Below are positions 28,901 through 40,723 of a stretch of 64,000 nucleotides of DNA, piece after piece (positions within the stretch are counted from its first letter, which is position 1; the number at the start of each line of letters is the position of its first letter). This stretch comes from Candidatus Binatia bacterium. GTDB taxonomy: Bacteria > Desulfobacterota > Binatia > UBA9968 > CAXXLF01. The notes beneath the pieces were generated by a model. That model was not told where the DNA came from and made no database searches. It saw only the letters and a program-made list of their open reading frames with translations. Location: positions 1,152,001-1,216,000 of the forward strand of contig CAXXLF010000001.1 of NCBI GenBank assembly GCA_963664015.2, in the 5' to 3' direction. The translations under genes were made by a program, and so were the position numbers.

Positions 28901-30163
28901 TTACCGGAGCATGGCCGGAATGATTTCTCCACTGATGAGATCCTCCAGCGTCTCCCGGCTCCGAATGATGTGAAAGTTTTGATCGTCAACCAGGACCTCG
29001 GCAACCTTGGGCCTTGAGTTGTAGTTGGAGGCCATTGTGAATCCGTAGGCCCCGGCCCCCATGATCGCGAGGAGGTCGCCCGGCATGGGTCTTTGTATCT
29101 CCCTATCTTTGGCGAAAAAATCACCGCTCTCACAGATAGGCCCCACAACATCGGCAACGATACCATCCCCTTTGGACTGGCGGTCGATGACCGGACTCAC
29201 GGTTTGGTGTGACCCGTAAAGAGCGGGCCGGATTAGATCGTTCATCGCTCCATCAACCACGACAAAGTTTTTCTCGCTGGTCTCCTTGAGGTAGAGCACT
29301 TCAGTGACCAGGATGCCGGCGTTACCTGCGATCACTCGGCCGGGCTCGAGAATCAGTGTGGCATCCAATCCTTTAAGGCTGCCCAAGATGGCCTCGGCGT
29401 ATTCCTTTGGAAGCGGAGGTTCCTCGTCCTCATAACGGATACCCAGGCCACCGCCCAGATCCAAGTACTGAATTTTAGCCCCTGCTTTGTTCAGGGTTTC
29501 GACCAATCCCCTGACCCTCGCCATAGCGTCGACAAACGGTGTAACCGAAGTGAGTTGGGAGCCAATGTGGCAGTCTACACCGATAACGTCCAGGTGGCTG
29601 AGAGAGAGTGCCCTTTTGTACTGGTCCACCGAGCGTTTGATGTCGATTCCGAATTTGCTCTTTTTCATTCCAGTGGAGATATAAGGATGGGTCTGCGGGT
29701 CCACATCCGGATTCACCCGAAAGCTGATGGGGGCCTTTTTCCCAACCTTCGCCGCAACCTCGTTGATCACGTCGAGTTCTGGTTCCGACTCGACGTTGAA
29801 CATCAGGATCCCCGATTTCAAGGCGTACTCGATTTCCTGGCGGTTCTTACCGACGCCTGAAAAGACAACCTTCCTTGGATCCGCCCCTGCCTTGAGCACA
29901 CGAAAAAGTTCACCGCCGGATACGATATCGAAGCCTGACCCTTCCTTGACGAAGGCGCGGAGCACCGCAAGGTTGGAATTGGCCTTGACGGAAAAACAGA
30001 CGATATGAGCCGACTGGCCAAAGGCCTCATCGAAGACCCGGTAATGCCGCCGCAACGTGGCCAGACTGTAAATATAGGCAGGGGTGCCCACCTCCCGGGC
30101 AATTCGCTGGACAGGGACCCCCTCAGCATAAAGCTTACCGCTTCGGTACTCAAAATAATCCAT
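28901..30163 (-). CDS. lysA: Diaminopimelate decarboxylase
   Basis: SVKAN, HIGSQ, LGGG, EPGR, GPICESGD, YNSRP. Confidence 0.97.
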   Translation of the reverse strand: MDYFEYRSGKLYAEGVPVQRIAREVGTPAYIYSLATLRRHYRVFDEAFGQSAHIVCFSVKANSNLAVLRAFVKEGSGFDIVSGGELFRVLKAGADPRKVVFSGVGKNRQEIEYALKSGILMFNVESEPELDVINEVAAKVGKKAPISFRVNPDVDPQTHPYISTGMKKSKFGIDIKRSVDQYKRALSLSHLDVIGVDCHIGSQLTSVTPFVDAMARVRGLVETLNKAGAKIQYLDLGGGLGIRYEDEEPPLPKEYAEAILGSLKGLDATLILEPGRVIAGNAGILVTEVLYLKETSEKNFVVVDGAMNDLIRPALYGSHQTVSPVIDRQSKGDGIVADVVGPICESGDFFAKDREIQRPMPGDLLAIMGAGAYGFTMASNYNSRPKVAEVLVDDQNFHIIRSRETLEDLISGEIIPAMLR

Positions 30164-30669
30164 CAGGGCCTCCAGACCATTGTAACCTCGTTGGACGGCT
30201 GGCTGAGCGAGCCATCGACGAGACGGGAAAAGACTCGGTAAAGATACGTTGCCTGCGGGGTCAGCTGTTGGTCCACCAGGCGGAACTTATCCTTTTTGAC
30301 AAAACGCTCCTGGTCGTCGATCAGGATTGTTGCCCTTTCCCGATAGGGCACCTGACAATCGGGACAAGTGGGAGAGAACTCCTTTCGGAAAATCACGAAG
30401 GCCTCCAGATCACGGAGCCGTTGCCCATCTATGTAGTGGGTCGGTCGGCCCCAGGTGAGAACGATCCCGGTGCTCCCGGCCGTGACATTGAGATTCTTGA
30501 TGACCTGGGGCACGGCCAGCTCCGGCGCCCGCGGCGCACCCTTTTTGCCACAGGAGCTTCCCCCAATCAAAACAACGAATAGTGCAACGAAACCGACAGA
30601 GATATGAGACAGAGAACGCCCCCAACCCCTGTTTACCCTGTTTCTCTTTTTTCCCATTGCCACTTTCAC
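30163..30669 (-). CDS. Lipoprotein with LppL/LptM-like N-terminus and FN3-like beta domain
   Basis: Lipobox-like SSCGKKGAP..P, CPDC, Y.YRV..S.PSN; located directly upstream of lysA. Confidence 0.7.
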   Translation of the reverse strand: MKVAMGKKRNRVNRGWGRSLSHISVGFVALFVVLIGGSSCGKKGAPRAPELAVPQVIKNLNVTAGSTGIVLTWGRPTHYIDGQRLRDLEAFVIFRKEFSPTCPDCQVPYRERATILIDDQERFVKKDKFRLVDQQLTPQATYLYRVFSRLVDGSLSQPSNEVTMVWRP

Positions 30670-30677
30670 GCTCTTTA

Positions 30678-30779
30678 TATCCTCAATCTTCGATCTTCGA
30701 TCTTCGATTTTCTATCTTCGTTTTTTTCTCTATCTCTGCCTATCTTTCCCTGTCCCTGTCTGTCTCTGCCTATTTGATC
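30678..30779. repeat. Short tandem repeats: six 7-mers (GATCTTC-like) then about five 10-mers (CTATCTCTGC-like)
   Basis: Read directly at 30678-30719 and 30730-30779. Confidence 0.8.
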
Positions 30780-30792
30780 TCTGTCTCCCCAT

Positions 30793-32172
30793 TTAAACCC
30801 CCATCTCTTTGAGCCGCCGCCGCACATTGGCCGAGGCAGTCCCACCGGGCGCACGGCGTCGTTCAACCATCGCCTCAGGAGCGAGATAACGATAGACGTC
30901 TTTTTCGATCCGGGGGCAGAAGTGTTTTAGCTCTTTAAGGGAAAGCTGCTCGATTCTCTGCCCTGAGTCAAGGCAGTGACGTACCAATCGGCCCACGATC
31001 CCATGGGCGATCCGAAAGCTCACCCCATGTCGCACCAGGTAATCGGCTAGATCCGTGGCGTTCATATAACCGCCAGAAGCCGCTGCCAGCATCCGGCCTT
31101 TGTTAACCTTGATCTGGCCCATCAGCTCCCCAAGGATTCCCAGGCTTGCCTTGACCGTATCCACCGTATCGAAGAGCGGTATTTTGTCCTCCTGGAGGTC
31201 GCGGTTATAGGCCAGCGGCAGGCCCTTCATAACCGTGAGCAGGGCGTGGAGATGACCATAGACCCGCCCCGTTCGGCCGCGAATCAACTCGGGCACATCC
31301 GGGTTTTTTTTCTGCGGCATCATGGAGCTGCCCGTACAGTAACCGTCCGGTAGCTCAATGAAACCGAACTCCTCGCTGGACCAGAGGACCAGTTCCTCGG
31401 CAAGTCGGCTCAAGTGAACAAAGAGGATCGCTGACAGGGCGAGGAACTCCAATATAAAGTCGCGATCGCTCACCGCGTCGATACTATTTTTCGCCAGCCG
31501 CGGAAAACCCAACAGCCGTGCCACGTAGGCCCGATCGATGGGAAAGGTCGTCCCGGCCAGGGCCCCGGAGCCCAGCGGAAGGACATTGACCCGGCGGACG
31601 CAATCGGCAACACGGTCCAGGTCCCGTTCGAGCATCTCGGCGTAGGCCAGCAGGTGATGTGAGAAGAGGACGGGCTGGGCACGCTGGAGATGCGTGTATC
31701 CAGGCATAATGACGCCTAGATTCCGCTTGGCAGCGCGCGCCAGCTCCTTTTTGAGACTGGTCATAGCCTGGCCGATGACCGCGAGCTCTTCCCTCAGGTA
31801 GAGGCGCGTATCCAACGTCACCTGATCGTTACGGCTTCGAGCCGTGTGGAGTTTACCACCGGTGGCGCCGATCTTTTGCACCAGCCGTCGCTCGATGTTC
31901 ATGTGGATGTCCTCGTCAGCGGTCGAGAAGTGAGCGGCGCCTCTGGCAATTTCCTTCTCGATCAGCTGGAGGCCCCGGACGATCTTCTTCCCTTCCGCCG
32001 CCGTGATAATCCGCTGGCGGGCAAGCATCTTGGCGTGGGCGATGCTCCCGGCGATGTCGTGCCGGTAGAGCCTCTGATCGACGGCGATGGAGGAGGTAAA
32101 AGACTCAACCGACGGCACGGTCCCTCCCTTAAAGCGCCCAGCCCAAAGTTTTTTTTCTCTTGCCATGGGCAA
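30793..32172 (-). CDS. argH: Argininosuccinate lyase
   Basis: LWAGRF, HTARSRNDQ, GSSMMPQKKNPD. Confidence 0.97.
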   Translation of the reverse strand: MPMAREKKLWAGRFKGGTVPSVESFTSSIAVDQRLYRHDIAGSIAHAKMLARQRIITAAEGKKIVRGLQLIEKEIARGAAHFSTADEDIHMNIERRLVQKIGATGGKLHTARSRNDQVTLDTRLYLREELAVIGQAMTSLKKELARAAKRNLGVIMPGYTHLQRAQPVLFSHHLLAYAEMLERDLDRVADCVRRVNVLPLGSGALAGTTFPIDRAYVARLLGFPRLAKNSIDAVSDRDFILEFLALSAILFVHLSRLAEELVLWSSEEFGFIELPDGYCTGSSMMPQKKNPDVPELIRGRTGRVYGHLHALLTVMKGLPLAYNRDLQEDKIPLFDTVDTVKASLGILGELMGQIKVNKGRMLAAASGGYMNATDLADYLVRHGVSFRIAHGIVGRLVRHCLDSGQRIEQLSLKELKHFCPRIEKDVYRYLAPEAMVERRRAPGGTASANVRRRLKEMGV

Positions 32173-32174
32173 TC

Positions 32175-33386
32175 CTAACCCCCAACCCTCTTATTTTTCA
32201 GGAGCCGCCGCAGTCTCAGGCGCAACGCATTGAGCCGGATAAACCCATCCGCATCTCCCTGGTGATAGACCCGGTCCTCTTCGAAGGTCGCCGTTTTAGG
32301 ATCGTAAAGGGACCGATCCGATTGTCTCCCGGAAATCGTAACGCACCCCTTGTAAAGCTTGAGACGAACTCGGCCGGTAACGTTTTCTTGCGTAGCGTCG
32401 ACGGTCTTCTGCAGCAACTCCCGTTCAGGGGAAAACCAGAATCCATAGTAGACCATCTCCGCGTACTTGGGGATCAGCGAATCCCTCAACCGCATCACCT
32501 CCCGGTCCATGGTAATGGACTCCAATGCCCGATGGGCCTCATAGAGAAGCGTCCCACCGGGGGTTTCGTAGACACCCCGCGACTTCATCCCCACGTAGCG
32601 GTTTTCTACGAGGTCCACCCGCCCAATCCCGTGTTTCGCGCCCAGGTCGTTCAGCCTGGAGAGAAGCCTGACGGGAGAGAGGGGCTTGCCGTTTACCGCC
32701 ACAGGATCACCCCGCGAATAATCGATTTCAAGATATTCGGCGCGAGCGGGCGCCTTCTCAGCCGCTCGAGTCCACTGGAACATATCGGCCCGCGGTTCTT
32801 TCCACGGGTCTTCCAAGATACCGCCTTCATAACTGATGTGGAAGATATTACGGTCCATGCTGTAAGGCTTCTTACGGCTTACCGGGACCGGAATCCCATA
32901 TCGCCGGGCATAAGCCAACAGGGCGCTGCGGGAGTTCAAGTCCCATACACGCCATGGGGCGATCACCTTCACATTAGGCTTGAGGGCGTAATAGGTTAGC
33001 TCGAAGCGAACCTGGTCGTTTCCCTTCCCCGTGGCCCCATGGGCCACCGCATCGGCCTTTTCCCTTGCCGCGATCTCCATCTGGCGCTTGGCAATCAGGG
33101 GGCGAGCGATGGAGGTCCCCAACAGGTAAGTCCCCTCGTAAACCGCATTGGCGCGCATCATCAGGAAGATGTAGTTCCTGACAAAATCGTCTTTCAGGTC
33201 GTCGATGACGACTTTACTCGCGCCGGTTTGCAGGGCCTTGCGTCTAACCGCCTTTAAGTCCTCCCCTTGACCGAGATCGGCACAGTAGGCCACCACCTCA
33301 CACTGATATTGCTCCTTTATCCAGCGCAGGCACACGGACGTATCCAAGCCTCCTGAATAGGCCAGAACCACTTTCTTGACTTTCAT
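32175..33386 (-). CDS. argG: Argininosuccinate synthase
   Basis: [30 protein letters not shown]; ATG 33386 overlaps the argF stop. Confidence 0.97.
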   Translation of the reverse strand: MKVKKVVLAYSGGLDTSVCLRWIKEQYQCEVVAYCADLGQGEDLKAVRRKALQTGASKVVIDDLKDDFVRNYIFLMMRANAVYEGTYLLGTSIARPLIAKRQMEIAAREKADAVAHGATGKGNDQVRFELTYYALKPNVKVIAPWRVWDLNSRSALLAYARRYGIPVPVSRKKPYSMDRNIFHISYEGGILEDPWKEPRADMFQWTRAAEKAPARAEYLEIDYSRGDPVAVNGKPLSPVRLLSRLNDLGAKHGIGRVDLVENRYVGMKSRGVYETPGGTLLYEAHRALESITMDREVMRLRDSLIPKYAEMVYYGFWFSPERELLQKTVDATQENVTGRVRLKLYKGCVTISGRQSDRSLYDPKTATFEEDRVYHQGDADGFIRLNALRLRLRRLLKNKRVGG

Positions 33387-34309
33387 CTCGCTCCCTTCAT
33401 CTTTCCCGAGATCCACATCAGGATGGCCTTTTGCGCATGGAGACGGTTCTCAGCCTGATCGAAAACAACCGACTGGGGCCCTTCCAGGACTTCGTCGGTG
33501 ATCTCTTCACCCCGATGGGCGGGGAGGCAATGCATGACCACGGCCTTCGCATTCGCCAGGTTCAGGACGTCTTGGGTGATTCGATAATCCTGAAAGCTCC
33601 TGAGCCTCGACTCCCGCTCCGCTTCCTGTCCCATACTGGCCCAGACATCCGTATAGATCACATCGGCGTTCTTAACGGCCTCGTCCACCCGATGAGTCAC
33701 CGTGATCCGGGCGCCATTCTGTTCGGCGATCCGTGTGACTTCCGAATCGGGACCGAAGCCCTCGGGGCAGGCAAGAGAGAACTCAAAGGGAATCTTCTCC
33801 GCTGCGCGCATCCATGAATGAACGATGTTGTTGCCGTCGCCGACAAAGGCGATCTTCAGCTTTTCCAAACTCCCCTTGTGCTCCATGAGGGTAAAACAAT
33901 CGGCCAAGACCTGGCAAGGGTGACAGAGATCGGTCAGGGCGTTGATCACGGGGACCGAGGAGTATCCGGCCACCTCCTCCAGCGTCTCCTGGGAAAAAGT
34001 CCGGACCACGATGAGATCCGTCCAGCGGCTCAAGACTCGAGCACAATCTCGGGGGCTCTCGCGTACCCCAAGCTGGATTTCTTCCGGACCTAAAAAGACC
34101 GTTCGGCCGCCAAGCTCCATCATGCCCACTTCAAAACTCACCCTCGTCCTTAGACTGGGCTTTTCGAAGACCAGAGCCATGGTCTTTCCCGCAAGTAACC
34201 GAGCGGCTCCCGGCTGCTGGCCGCGCTTGAGCCGTCGGGCAAGCGACAGGAGCTGCTCTATTTCCTTACGACTGAGGTCTTTTAGACTTAACAGATCTCT
34301 CTTTTTCAT
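33383..34309 (-). CDS. argF: Ornithine carbamoyltransferase
   Basis: [27 protein letters not shown]. Confidence 0.96.
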   Translation of the reverse strand: MKKRDLLSLKDLSRKEIEQLLSLARRLKRGQQPGAARLLAGKTMALVFEKPSLRTRVSFEVGMMELGGRTVFLGPEEIQLGVRESPRDCARVLSRWTDLIVVRTFSQETLEEVAGYSSVPVINALTDLCHPCQVLADCFTLMEHKGSLEKLKIAFVGDGNNIVHSWMRAAEKIPFEFSLACPEGFGPDSEVTRIAEQNGARITVTHRVDEAVKNADVIYTDVWASMGQEAERESRLRSFQDYRITQDVLNLANAKAVVMHCLPAHRGEEITDEVLEGPQSVVFDQAENRLHAQKAILMWISGKMKGAR

Positions 34310-34331
34310 TGGTTATGTCGAAGCGAGCCTC

Positions 34332-35522
34332 CTACTGAAGGCTCATGACTTTTTCTAAGATAGCCAATCCCCTGGTGATGTGCGCTTTCTTCACCGTGAG
34401 AGGCGGGAGCATACGCAGCACGTTGTTGTGCCCAGCGCTGACAATCAGGAGACCTTCCTCCATACACTGGGCCACGATTTTACCGGCATCTCCCTCGATT
34501 TCCACGCCCAAGATCAACCCCTTGCCGCGAACGTCGCGAACAAATTCGAATCGCTTCTGGAGCGACCTGAGCCCCCGGGTCAGGAACTCTCCCATCTTTA
34601 CACAGTTGTCCAACAGGCGGTCCTGAAGAATCGTGCTGAGCACTGCGCTCCCCGCGACGCACACCAGCGGATTGCCTCCAAACGTCGACGCGTGGGTGCC
34701 GGGGCTAAAGCTCTGGGCCACCCTATCCTTCGCCAGCATCGCCCCAAGGGGCAGCCCACCCCCCAGTGCCTTGGCCAGAGTCATAATATCCGGTTCCACT
34801 CCATAGTGCTCATAGGCGAAGAGCTTGCCCGTACGGCCCATGCCGACCTGGACCTCATCGAAGATAAGCAGGACTCCCGTGGCGTCGCATAGCCGGCGCA
34901 GCCCCTGGAGGTATCCCTCAGGGGGGACGACCACTCCGCCTTCACCCTGTATGGGTTCGACCAAAATGGCAGCGGTTTTGGGACCAATAGCATCTTGTGC
35001 AGCTATCAGATCTCCGAAAGGGACTTGACGAAAACCCTCCGGTAACGGGTCGTATCCCAGGCGTACCTTTTCCTGGCCCGTAGCCGTCAGGGTTGCCAGG
35101 GTTCGGCCGTGGAAAGAGTTGTGCATGGAAATGATTTCGTACTTCCCGCCCTGGCGTTCCGAGCCATAGCGGCGCGCCAACTTGATGGCGGCCTCGTTGG
35201 CCTCAGCCCCGCTGTTACAAAAGAAGACGCGGTCGGCAAAAGAATGATGACACAGATCGCGGGCAAGCTCCGCCTGCGGACCGATGTGATAGAGATTGGA
35301 GACGTGGAGCAGAGATTTGAACTGCCTTTGGATGGCGCGAACCACCGCAGGATGGGCGTGTCCCAGGCTATTTACCGCAATGCCGGAAACAAAATCTAGA
35401 TACTCTTTGCCGTCGGCATCCCAAACTTTAACCCCTTTACCCCGGACCAAGGCAATGGGAAGGCGGGCGTAGGTTTGGGCCACATAGCAGCGGGTAAGCG
35501 CCTGGATCTCTTCGTTGTTCAT
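34332..35522 (-). CDS. argD: Acetylornithine aminotransferase
   Basis: NSGAEANE, FHGRT, DEVQ.G.GRTG, AKALGGG. Confidence 0.93.
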   Translation of the reverse strand: MNNEEIQALTRCYVAQTYARLPIALVRGKGVKVWDADGKEYLDFVSGIAVNSLGHAHPAVVRAIQRQFKSLLHVSNLYHIGPQAELARDLCHHSFADRVFFCNSGAEANEAAIKLARRYGSERQGGKYEIISMHNSFHGRTLATLTATGQEKVRLGYDPLPEGFRQVPFGDLIAAQDAIGPKTAAILVEPIQGEGGVVVPPEGYLQGLRRLCDATGVLLIFDEVQVGMGRTGKLFAYEHYGVEPDIMTLAKALGGGLPLGAMLAKDRVAQSFSPGTHASTFGGNPLVCVAGSAVLSTILQDRLLDNCVKMGEFLTRGLRSLQKRFEFVRDVRGKGLILGVEIEGDAGKIVAQCMEEGLLIVSAGHNNVLRMLPPLTVKKAHITRGLAILEKVMSLQ

Positions 35523-35525
35523 CCC

Positions 35526-36407
35526 CTACTTCAGCACGACCTCAGTCCCGACTCCCTCCTGCGTGAAGATCTCCAACAATACGGCGTGTTTCACCCGCCC
35601 GTCGATGATGTGGGTCTTGGCCACCCCGCCTTCCAGGGCCTCGATGCAGCATTCCACCTTGGGAATCATCCCGGATCCGACAACCTCGTCCTGGATCATC
35701 TTGCGAGCCTGACCCACCTTGAGGGTGCTCATCAACTGGCCCTTTTTATTTTTGACCCCTTCTACATCGGTCAACAAAATAAGTTTTTCCGCCCCCAACG
35801 CCTCAGCGGTTTGCCCCGCTACCAGGTCCGCGTTGATATTGTATGTCTCGCCGTTCTCCCCGACCCCAACGGGGGCAATGACCGGGATGGATTTATTTTC
35901 GCCCAGCGTATTGATCAACGTAGGATTGATGGCGACGATCTCGCCCACCATGCCGATATCGATGATTTCGGGTTCCTTTTCATCCGAGGAAATGTAGACG
36001 TTCATTTTCCGAGCCAGGATCAGTCCCCCATCCTTGCCGCTGACCCCCACGGCCATCCCGCCGTGATAGTTGATGAGCCTAACGATCTCTTTGTTCACCT
36101 TTCCCACCAGCACCATCTCGACAACATCGATCGTCTCCGCATCAGTAACCCGCATGCCTCGTACGTAGCGGCTCGTCACACCCATCTTTTTTAGAGTCTC
36201 ATCGATCTGAGGCCCTCCCCCGTGAACCACCACAGGGTTGATGCCCACATACTTGAGGAGCACCATGTCCTGGGCAAAGCTGGCCTTGAGCCCCTCGTCC
36301 ACCATGGCAGAACCGCCGTACTTCACGACAAAAGTCTTGCCGTAAAATCGCCGGATGTAGGGGAGCGCCTCCATCAGGATTTCAGCCTTGCCAATAAAGT
36401 CTTCCAA
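35526..36407 (-). CDS. argB: Acetylglutamate kinase
   Basis: [22 protein letters not shown]. Confidence 0.96.
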   Translation of the reverse strand: MEDFIGKAEILMEALPYIRRFYGKTFVVKYGGSAMVDEGLKASFAQDMVLLKYVGINPVVVHGGGPQIDETLKKMGVTSRYVRGMRVTDAETIDVVEMVLVGKVNKEIVRLINYHGGMAVGVSGKDGGLILARKMNVYISSDEKEPEIIDIGMVGEIVAINPTLINTLGENKSIPVIAPVGVGENGETYNINADLVAGQTAEALGAEKLILLTDVEGVKNKKGQLMSTLKVGQARKMIQDEVVGSGMIPKVECCIEALEGGVAKTHIIDGRVKHAVLLEIFTQEGVGTEVVLK

Positions 36408-36484
36408 TGAACGCTGCTTTTCTTACGTGTTAGTATTCCTGTTTCCGCGGACTCCAGCGAAACCGAACCCGGGCAGGGCCAATC

Positions 36485-37876
36485 TCACAGGATATATCGG
36501 GAGAGGTCCTCGTCCTTCAAAATCGGGTTCAACCGATCCTGTACGTACTTGGCATCGATACTGATTTCTTTCCCCGGCATTTCCGGCGCCGAATAGGAGA
36601 TTTCATCTACCAGCCGCTCCATGATCGTATGGAGCCGGCGGGCGCCGATATTCTCCGCCCTCTCATTGACATGGGCCGCCATGCTGGCGATTTCTTCGAT
36701 CGCATCCTGACCGAAGGTGAGTTTCACGTTTTCGGTTTCCAGAAGGGCAACGTATTGGCGAATGAGCGCATTCTTTGGCTCCGTCAGTATCCGAACAAAG
36801 TCATCTTTGCCTAGCGAGTTGAGCTCCACACGAATGGGGAAGCGCCCCTGAAACTCGGGGATCAGGTCCGACGGCTTTGAACTGTGAAAGGCACCCGATG
36901 CAATGAACAGGATGTGATCCGTTCGCACGAGACCGAACTTGGTGTTCACCGACGAACCTTCGACAATGGGCAGCAGGTCCCTCTGCACACCCTCCCGTGA
37001 GACATCGGGACCCTGGGCGGACTCCCGTCCGGCAATCTTATCGATCTCATCGATGAAAACGATTCCCGACTGTTCCACCCGGCGCGTCGCTTCACCCGTG
37101 ACCATATCCATATCGACCAGTTTCGAGGCCTCTTCCTGACAGAGGATATCGAGGGCCTCGGGAACCTTGACGGTCTTTTTCTTGGTTTTATTTGGAAGGA
37201 GATTGGAGAACATCTCTTTCAGATTGGACTCCATTCCCTCCATTCCCTGGGGCGACATAACTTCGATCATGGGCATCGAAGTGCGTGTGATCTCGACCTC
37301 TACCGTACGGTCATCGAGCTTACCCTCCCGCAGCATCTTCTTGAGCTTGGCCCTTGTCCCCTGCCCAGCCGCCTCCTCTTCCTGTACCCCAGGTTTTGCC
37401 GTGGGTGCGGCCGGAAGCAGGATATCCAGGATCCGCTCCTCCGCCAGCTCTCGAGCCTTGATCTCAACAGCTTGTTTCTCCTCTTCCTTGACCATGTTGA
37501 CCGCAAGTTCGGTAAGGTCGCGAATGATCGATTCCACGTCCCTCCCCACGTAGCCCACTTCCGTAAATTTGGAGGCCTCCACCTTGATGAAGGGGGCCTG
37601 GGCCAGCTTGGCCAAGCGGCGCGATATCTCCGTCTTGCCCACGCCCGTCGGTCCGATCATGATGATGTTCTTCGGGGCAATCTCATCGCGCAATTCATCG
37701 GGTACCCTCTGCCGGCGCCAGCGGTTTCTCAGGGCAATGGCCACGGCCCGCTTGGCATCCTTCTGCCCCACGATGTAACGGTCGAGTTCGGAGACGGTTT
37801 CCCGCGGTGTCATGACCGCAGCCGGGGCGGGCAGCGCCCGACCTCGAATCAATTTTTCTTGTTCTTCACTCTTCAT
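36485..37876 (-). CDS. hslU: ATP-dependent protease ATPase subunit HslU
   Basis: [26 protein letters not shown]-terminal LSRYIL. Confidence 0.97.
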   Translation of the reverse strand: MKSEEQEKLIRGRALPAPAAVMTPRETVSELDRYIVGQKDAKRAVAIALRNRWRRQRVPDELRDEIAPKNIIMIGPTGVGKTEISRRLAKLAQAPFIKVEASKFTEVGYVGRDVESIIRDLTELAVNMVKEEEKQAVEIKARELAEERILDILLPAAPTAKPGVQEEEAAGQGTRAKLKKMLREGKLDDRTVEVEITRTSMPMIEVMSPQGMEGMESNLKEMFSNLLPNKTKKKTVKVPEALDILCQEEASKLVDMDMVTGEATRRVEQSGIVFIDEIDKIAGRESAQGPDVSREGVQRDLLPIVEGSSVNTKFGLVRTDHILFIASGAFHSSKPSDLIPEFQGRFPIRVELNSLGKDDFVRILTEPKNALIRQYVALLETENVKLTFGQDAIEEIASMAAHVNERAENIGARRLHTIMERLVDEISYSAPEMPGKEISIDAKYVQDRLNPILKDEDLSRYIL

Positions 37877-37881
37877 GACCG

Positions 37882-38442
37882 CTAGGGCAGCTCTTCGATG
37901 GTAAAATGATCGTTCGTGTACACGCAGATCTGTGAAGCGACCTTCATGGCCTCCTCGGCGATCGCCCGTGGGTCCAGTTGGCTATGCTTGACCAGGACCC
38001 GTGCGGCGGCCAGCGCATAATTTCCGCCGGACCCGATGGCGATGAGTCCATCGTCGGGCTCCACCACATCACCCATTCCCGAGATCACCAATAGGCCTTC
38101 CGTATCGGCAACCACGAGCAGAGCTTCCAACCTCCTCAAGATGCGGTCCGTACGCCAGTCTTTGGCGAGTTCCACCGCGGCCCGTCTCAAATTGCCGTTG
38201 TACTGCTCGAGCTTGGCCTCGAACTTCTCGAACAGGGTAAACGCGTCAGCCGTCGCCCCGGCAAATCCTGCTATGACCTTGTCGTTGTAAAGCTTCCGCA
38301 CCTTGCGTGCGCTGTGCTTCATGACGGTTTGCCCCAGGCTCACCTGGCCGTCCCCGATGACGACCACCCGATCCGAATGGCGCAACCCCAATATGGTCGT
38401 TCCATGAAACGTCATTGAACTCTTTTCTTCACCGTCCATCAC
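37882..38442 (-). CDS. hslV: ATP-dependent protease peptidase subunit HslV
   Basis: HGTTI catalytic Thr, GDGQV, GSGG. Start may be 38415. Confidence 0.96.
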   Translation of the reverse strand: MMDGEEKSSMTFHGTTILGLRHSDRVVVIGDGQVSLGQTVMKHSARKVRKLYNDKVIAGFAGATADAFTLFEKFEAKLEQYNGNLRRAAVELAKDWRTDRILRRLEALLVVADTEGLLVISGMGDVVEPDDGLIAIGSGGNYALAAARVLVKHSQLDPRAIAEEAMKVASQICVYTNDHFTIEELP

Positions 38443-39350
38443 TGGGCTCGCGGATGGGCGCGGTCATAGACCGCCGAGAGATAATCCAGATTCACATGTG
38501 TGTAACGCTGCGTCGTCGAGAGGCTGGCGTGTCCCAGCATTTCCTGGATCACCCGTAGATCAGCACCACTGTTGAGCAGATGGGTAGCAAAGGTATGGCG
38601 CAGTCCATGGGGACCGATCCGTACCGGGATGCCTCTAATCCGCAGGTGTTTTTCCACGATCCGCGCTACGCTCCGCGTGGTGATCCTCTCACCGCGGCGG
38701 TTTAGAACAACAGGGGACTCCCCTTTGGCCGGCCGCTGCCATTTTCTCGACTGCTCCATCCCATAGTCCCACAGTACCTTCAGAGCGGCCGCTCCTATGG
38801 GAATGATTCGCTCTTTGGACCCCTTACCCGTAACTCTTATAACGCCCAACCGAAAATCGATATCGCTCCAGTTTAAAGCAACCAACTCGCTGACGCGTGC
38901 GCCGGTAGAGTAGAGCACCTCAAGGATCGCCCGGTCACGTATCTCCAGGATACCGCTTCCCTTCACTCCGTCCAGCAGCCGAAAGACATCGTCGACGGAG
39001 AGAAAGTTCACCAGCGGCTTGTCCTGTTTGGGGCTACCGAAGCTCACCAGGGGGTCCTTTTTCAGTACGCCTTCCCGGACCAGATAACGGAAAAACCCTT
39101 TCAACACCGCTAGCTTTCGTCCCATAGTGCTCTTCTGGCACACTCTAGCCAGAGAGCCGAGATAGGCACGGGTCAGGTTGGCATCGACCCTGCTGACAAG
39201 TCCATCCCCCGCTTCACCCTCGGATTCCAGGCTCTGTCGTACGAACCCGTGAAACTGCCGAAGATCGCTAAGATAGTTTCTCAGCGTATGAGGCGACAGA
39301 TTGCGCTCGTATTGCAGGTGATGGCCAAATTGCTTGATTAAATCTTCCAC
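38439..39350 (-). CDS. xerC: Tyrosine recombinase XerC
   Basis: R (GARVSE), K (GKGSKER), [14 protein letters not shown] (TTQRY); upstream of hslVU. Confidence 0.9.
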   Translation of the reverse strand: MEDLIKQFGHHLQYERNLSPHTLRNYLSDLRQFHGFVRQSLESEGEAGDGLVSRVDANLTRAYLGSLARVCQKSTMGRKLAVLKGFFRYLVREGVLKKDPLVSFGSPKQDKPLVNFLSVDDVFRLLDGVKGSGILEIRDRAILEVLYSTGARVSELVALNWSDIDFRLGVIRVTGKGSKERIIPIGAAALKVLWDYGMEQSRKWQRPAKGESPVVLNRRGERITTRSVARIVEKHLRIRGIPVRIGPHGLRHTFATHLLNSGADLRVIQEMLGHASLSTTQRYTHVNLDYLSAVYDRAHPRAQ

Positions 39351-39591
39351 GAGCTACTTTGCCTAAAAAGAACGTATTCTAACATACCGTTACTACGTTA
39401 AAATACAACCTCTGGGCGGGGAAGGCGGTGTTCACGAAATACCCGCCCGCGGTAGATTTCCCATGTCCTCCCACGCCCCTCACCCGCTTCGGCAACTCAA
39501 CCCAGTTCATGGGAATACGAGGCATTCAGTCCCCTCTGGTGCACCATGGGAGAGCTTGCCTACCTTGGGCCTTTGCTGCATATTAAATAGT

Positions 39592-40605
39592 ATGTTGGTG
39601 GACACTCTCAAGAGAACAGCGAAGGATCTCAGGATCTCGGTCACCGACCGGTGTAATTTTCGCTGCACTTACTGCATGCCTTTCGACGAATACACCTGGA
39701 TCGACAAGCAAGAGATCCTTTCCTTCGAGGAAATTACCCGGCTTGCCAGCATGTTCGTACGCCTTGGGGTCGAAAAGATCCGGATCACAGGGGGAGAGCC
39801 CCTGGTACGCCCGGGCATCGAAGGGCTCATTTGCAAGCTCGCGGCTGTCGATGGGATCAAGGACATCTCGCTGACGACCAATGGCTCCCTGCTCGCTGAA
39901 AAGGCGGTTACGCTCAAATCCGCCGGCCTGAAGCGGATCAACATCAGTATTGACACCCTGAACCCTGAAAAGTTCAAACGCATGACCAAACGAGGCGATC
40001 TTGCAAAGGTCTTGGAGGGCGTGCGTATGGCTCGGACCGCCGGCCTTAACCCCATCAAGATCAATGCGGTCATTGAGCGGGGAGTGAATGAAGAAGACAT
40101 CATTGAGCTGGTAGAGTTCGCCAGGGAATATGGATTCGAACTCCGTTTCATAGAGTACATGGACGTGGGCAACTCCAACCATTGGGCCTCTACAAAGATG
40201 GTCTCGAAGAAGGAGATCCTCGAGAGAATCCAAGGGCGCTACCCGCTTAGGGAGGTGGGCCGAAACGACGGTGATGCTCCCTCGGTGGACTACGAGTATC
40301 TCGATGGCCGGGGGCGCATTGGCGTCATCGCCTCGGTAACCGAGCCCTTCTGCTCCACCTGTTCCCGGGCCAGGCTGACGGCGGATGGGAAGCTGGTCAC
40401 TTGCCTATTTTCCCAGACCGGACATGACCTCAAGATTCTCCTTAGAAACGGGTCCACAGATGAGGAGATTCTGGAGTTTGTAACTAACATCTGGAGACTA
40501 AGAAGCGACCGCTATTCGGACGATCGACTAAAGGAGCTTCTCTCTTCGTCCGGTTATGATCCGACACGACATAAAAAGATTGAGATGATCACCCTGGGGG
40601 GCTAG
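39592..40605 (+). CDS. moaA: GTP 3',8-cyclase MoaA
   Basis: LRISVTDRCNFRCTYC, FCSTCSRAR..CL, C-terminal LGG. Start is probably 39592. Confidence 0.95.
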   Translation: MLVDTLKRTAKDLRISVTDRCNFRCTYCMPFDEYTWIDKQEILSFEEITRLASMFVRLGVEKIRITGGEPLVRPGIEGLICKLAAVDGIKDISLTTNGSLLAEKAVTLKSAGLKRINISIDTLNPEKFKRMTKRGDLAKVLEGVRMARTAGLNPIKINAVIERGVNEEDIIELVEFAREYGFELRFIEYMDVGNSNHWASTKMVSKKEILERIQGRYPLREVGRNDGDAPSVDYEYLDGRGRIGVIASVTEPFCSTCSRARLTADGKLVTCLFSQTGHDLKILLRNGSTDEEILEFVTNIWRLRSDRYSDDRLKELLSSSGYDPTRHKKIEMITLGG

Positions 40606-40723
40606 CCCTGCCCAATAGAGGACTTCCCCGATCCGACCGATTCAATCCATCATTTCAAACCGTTCGATGACCTGGACAACCCAGCGGCGCCTGTTTTATG
40701 ATAGGGCTTAGGGAGGAATAACC

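Noticed and set aside
30675-30866. 63-aa ORF and other short ORFs over repeats or antisense to core genes
   Set aside because: They are translations of tandem repeats or shadow frames of well-supported genes in GC-rich DNA
38439-39350. Tyrosine recombinase as the integron integrase for the attC cluster
   Set aside because: Its size and motifs fit XerC, no IntI-specific insertion is evident before the HxLRH box, it is coupled to hslVU, and moaA/moeA separate it from the array
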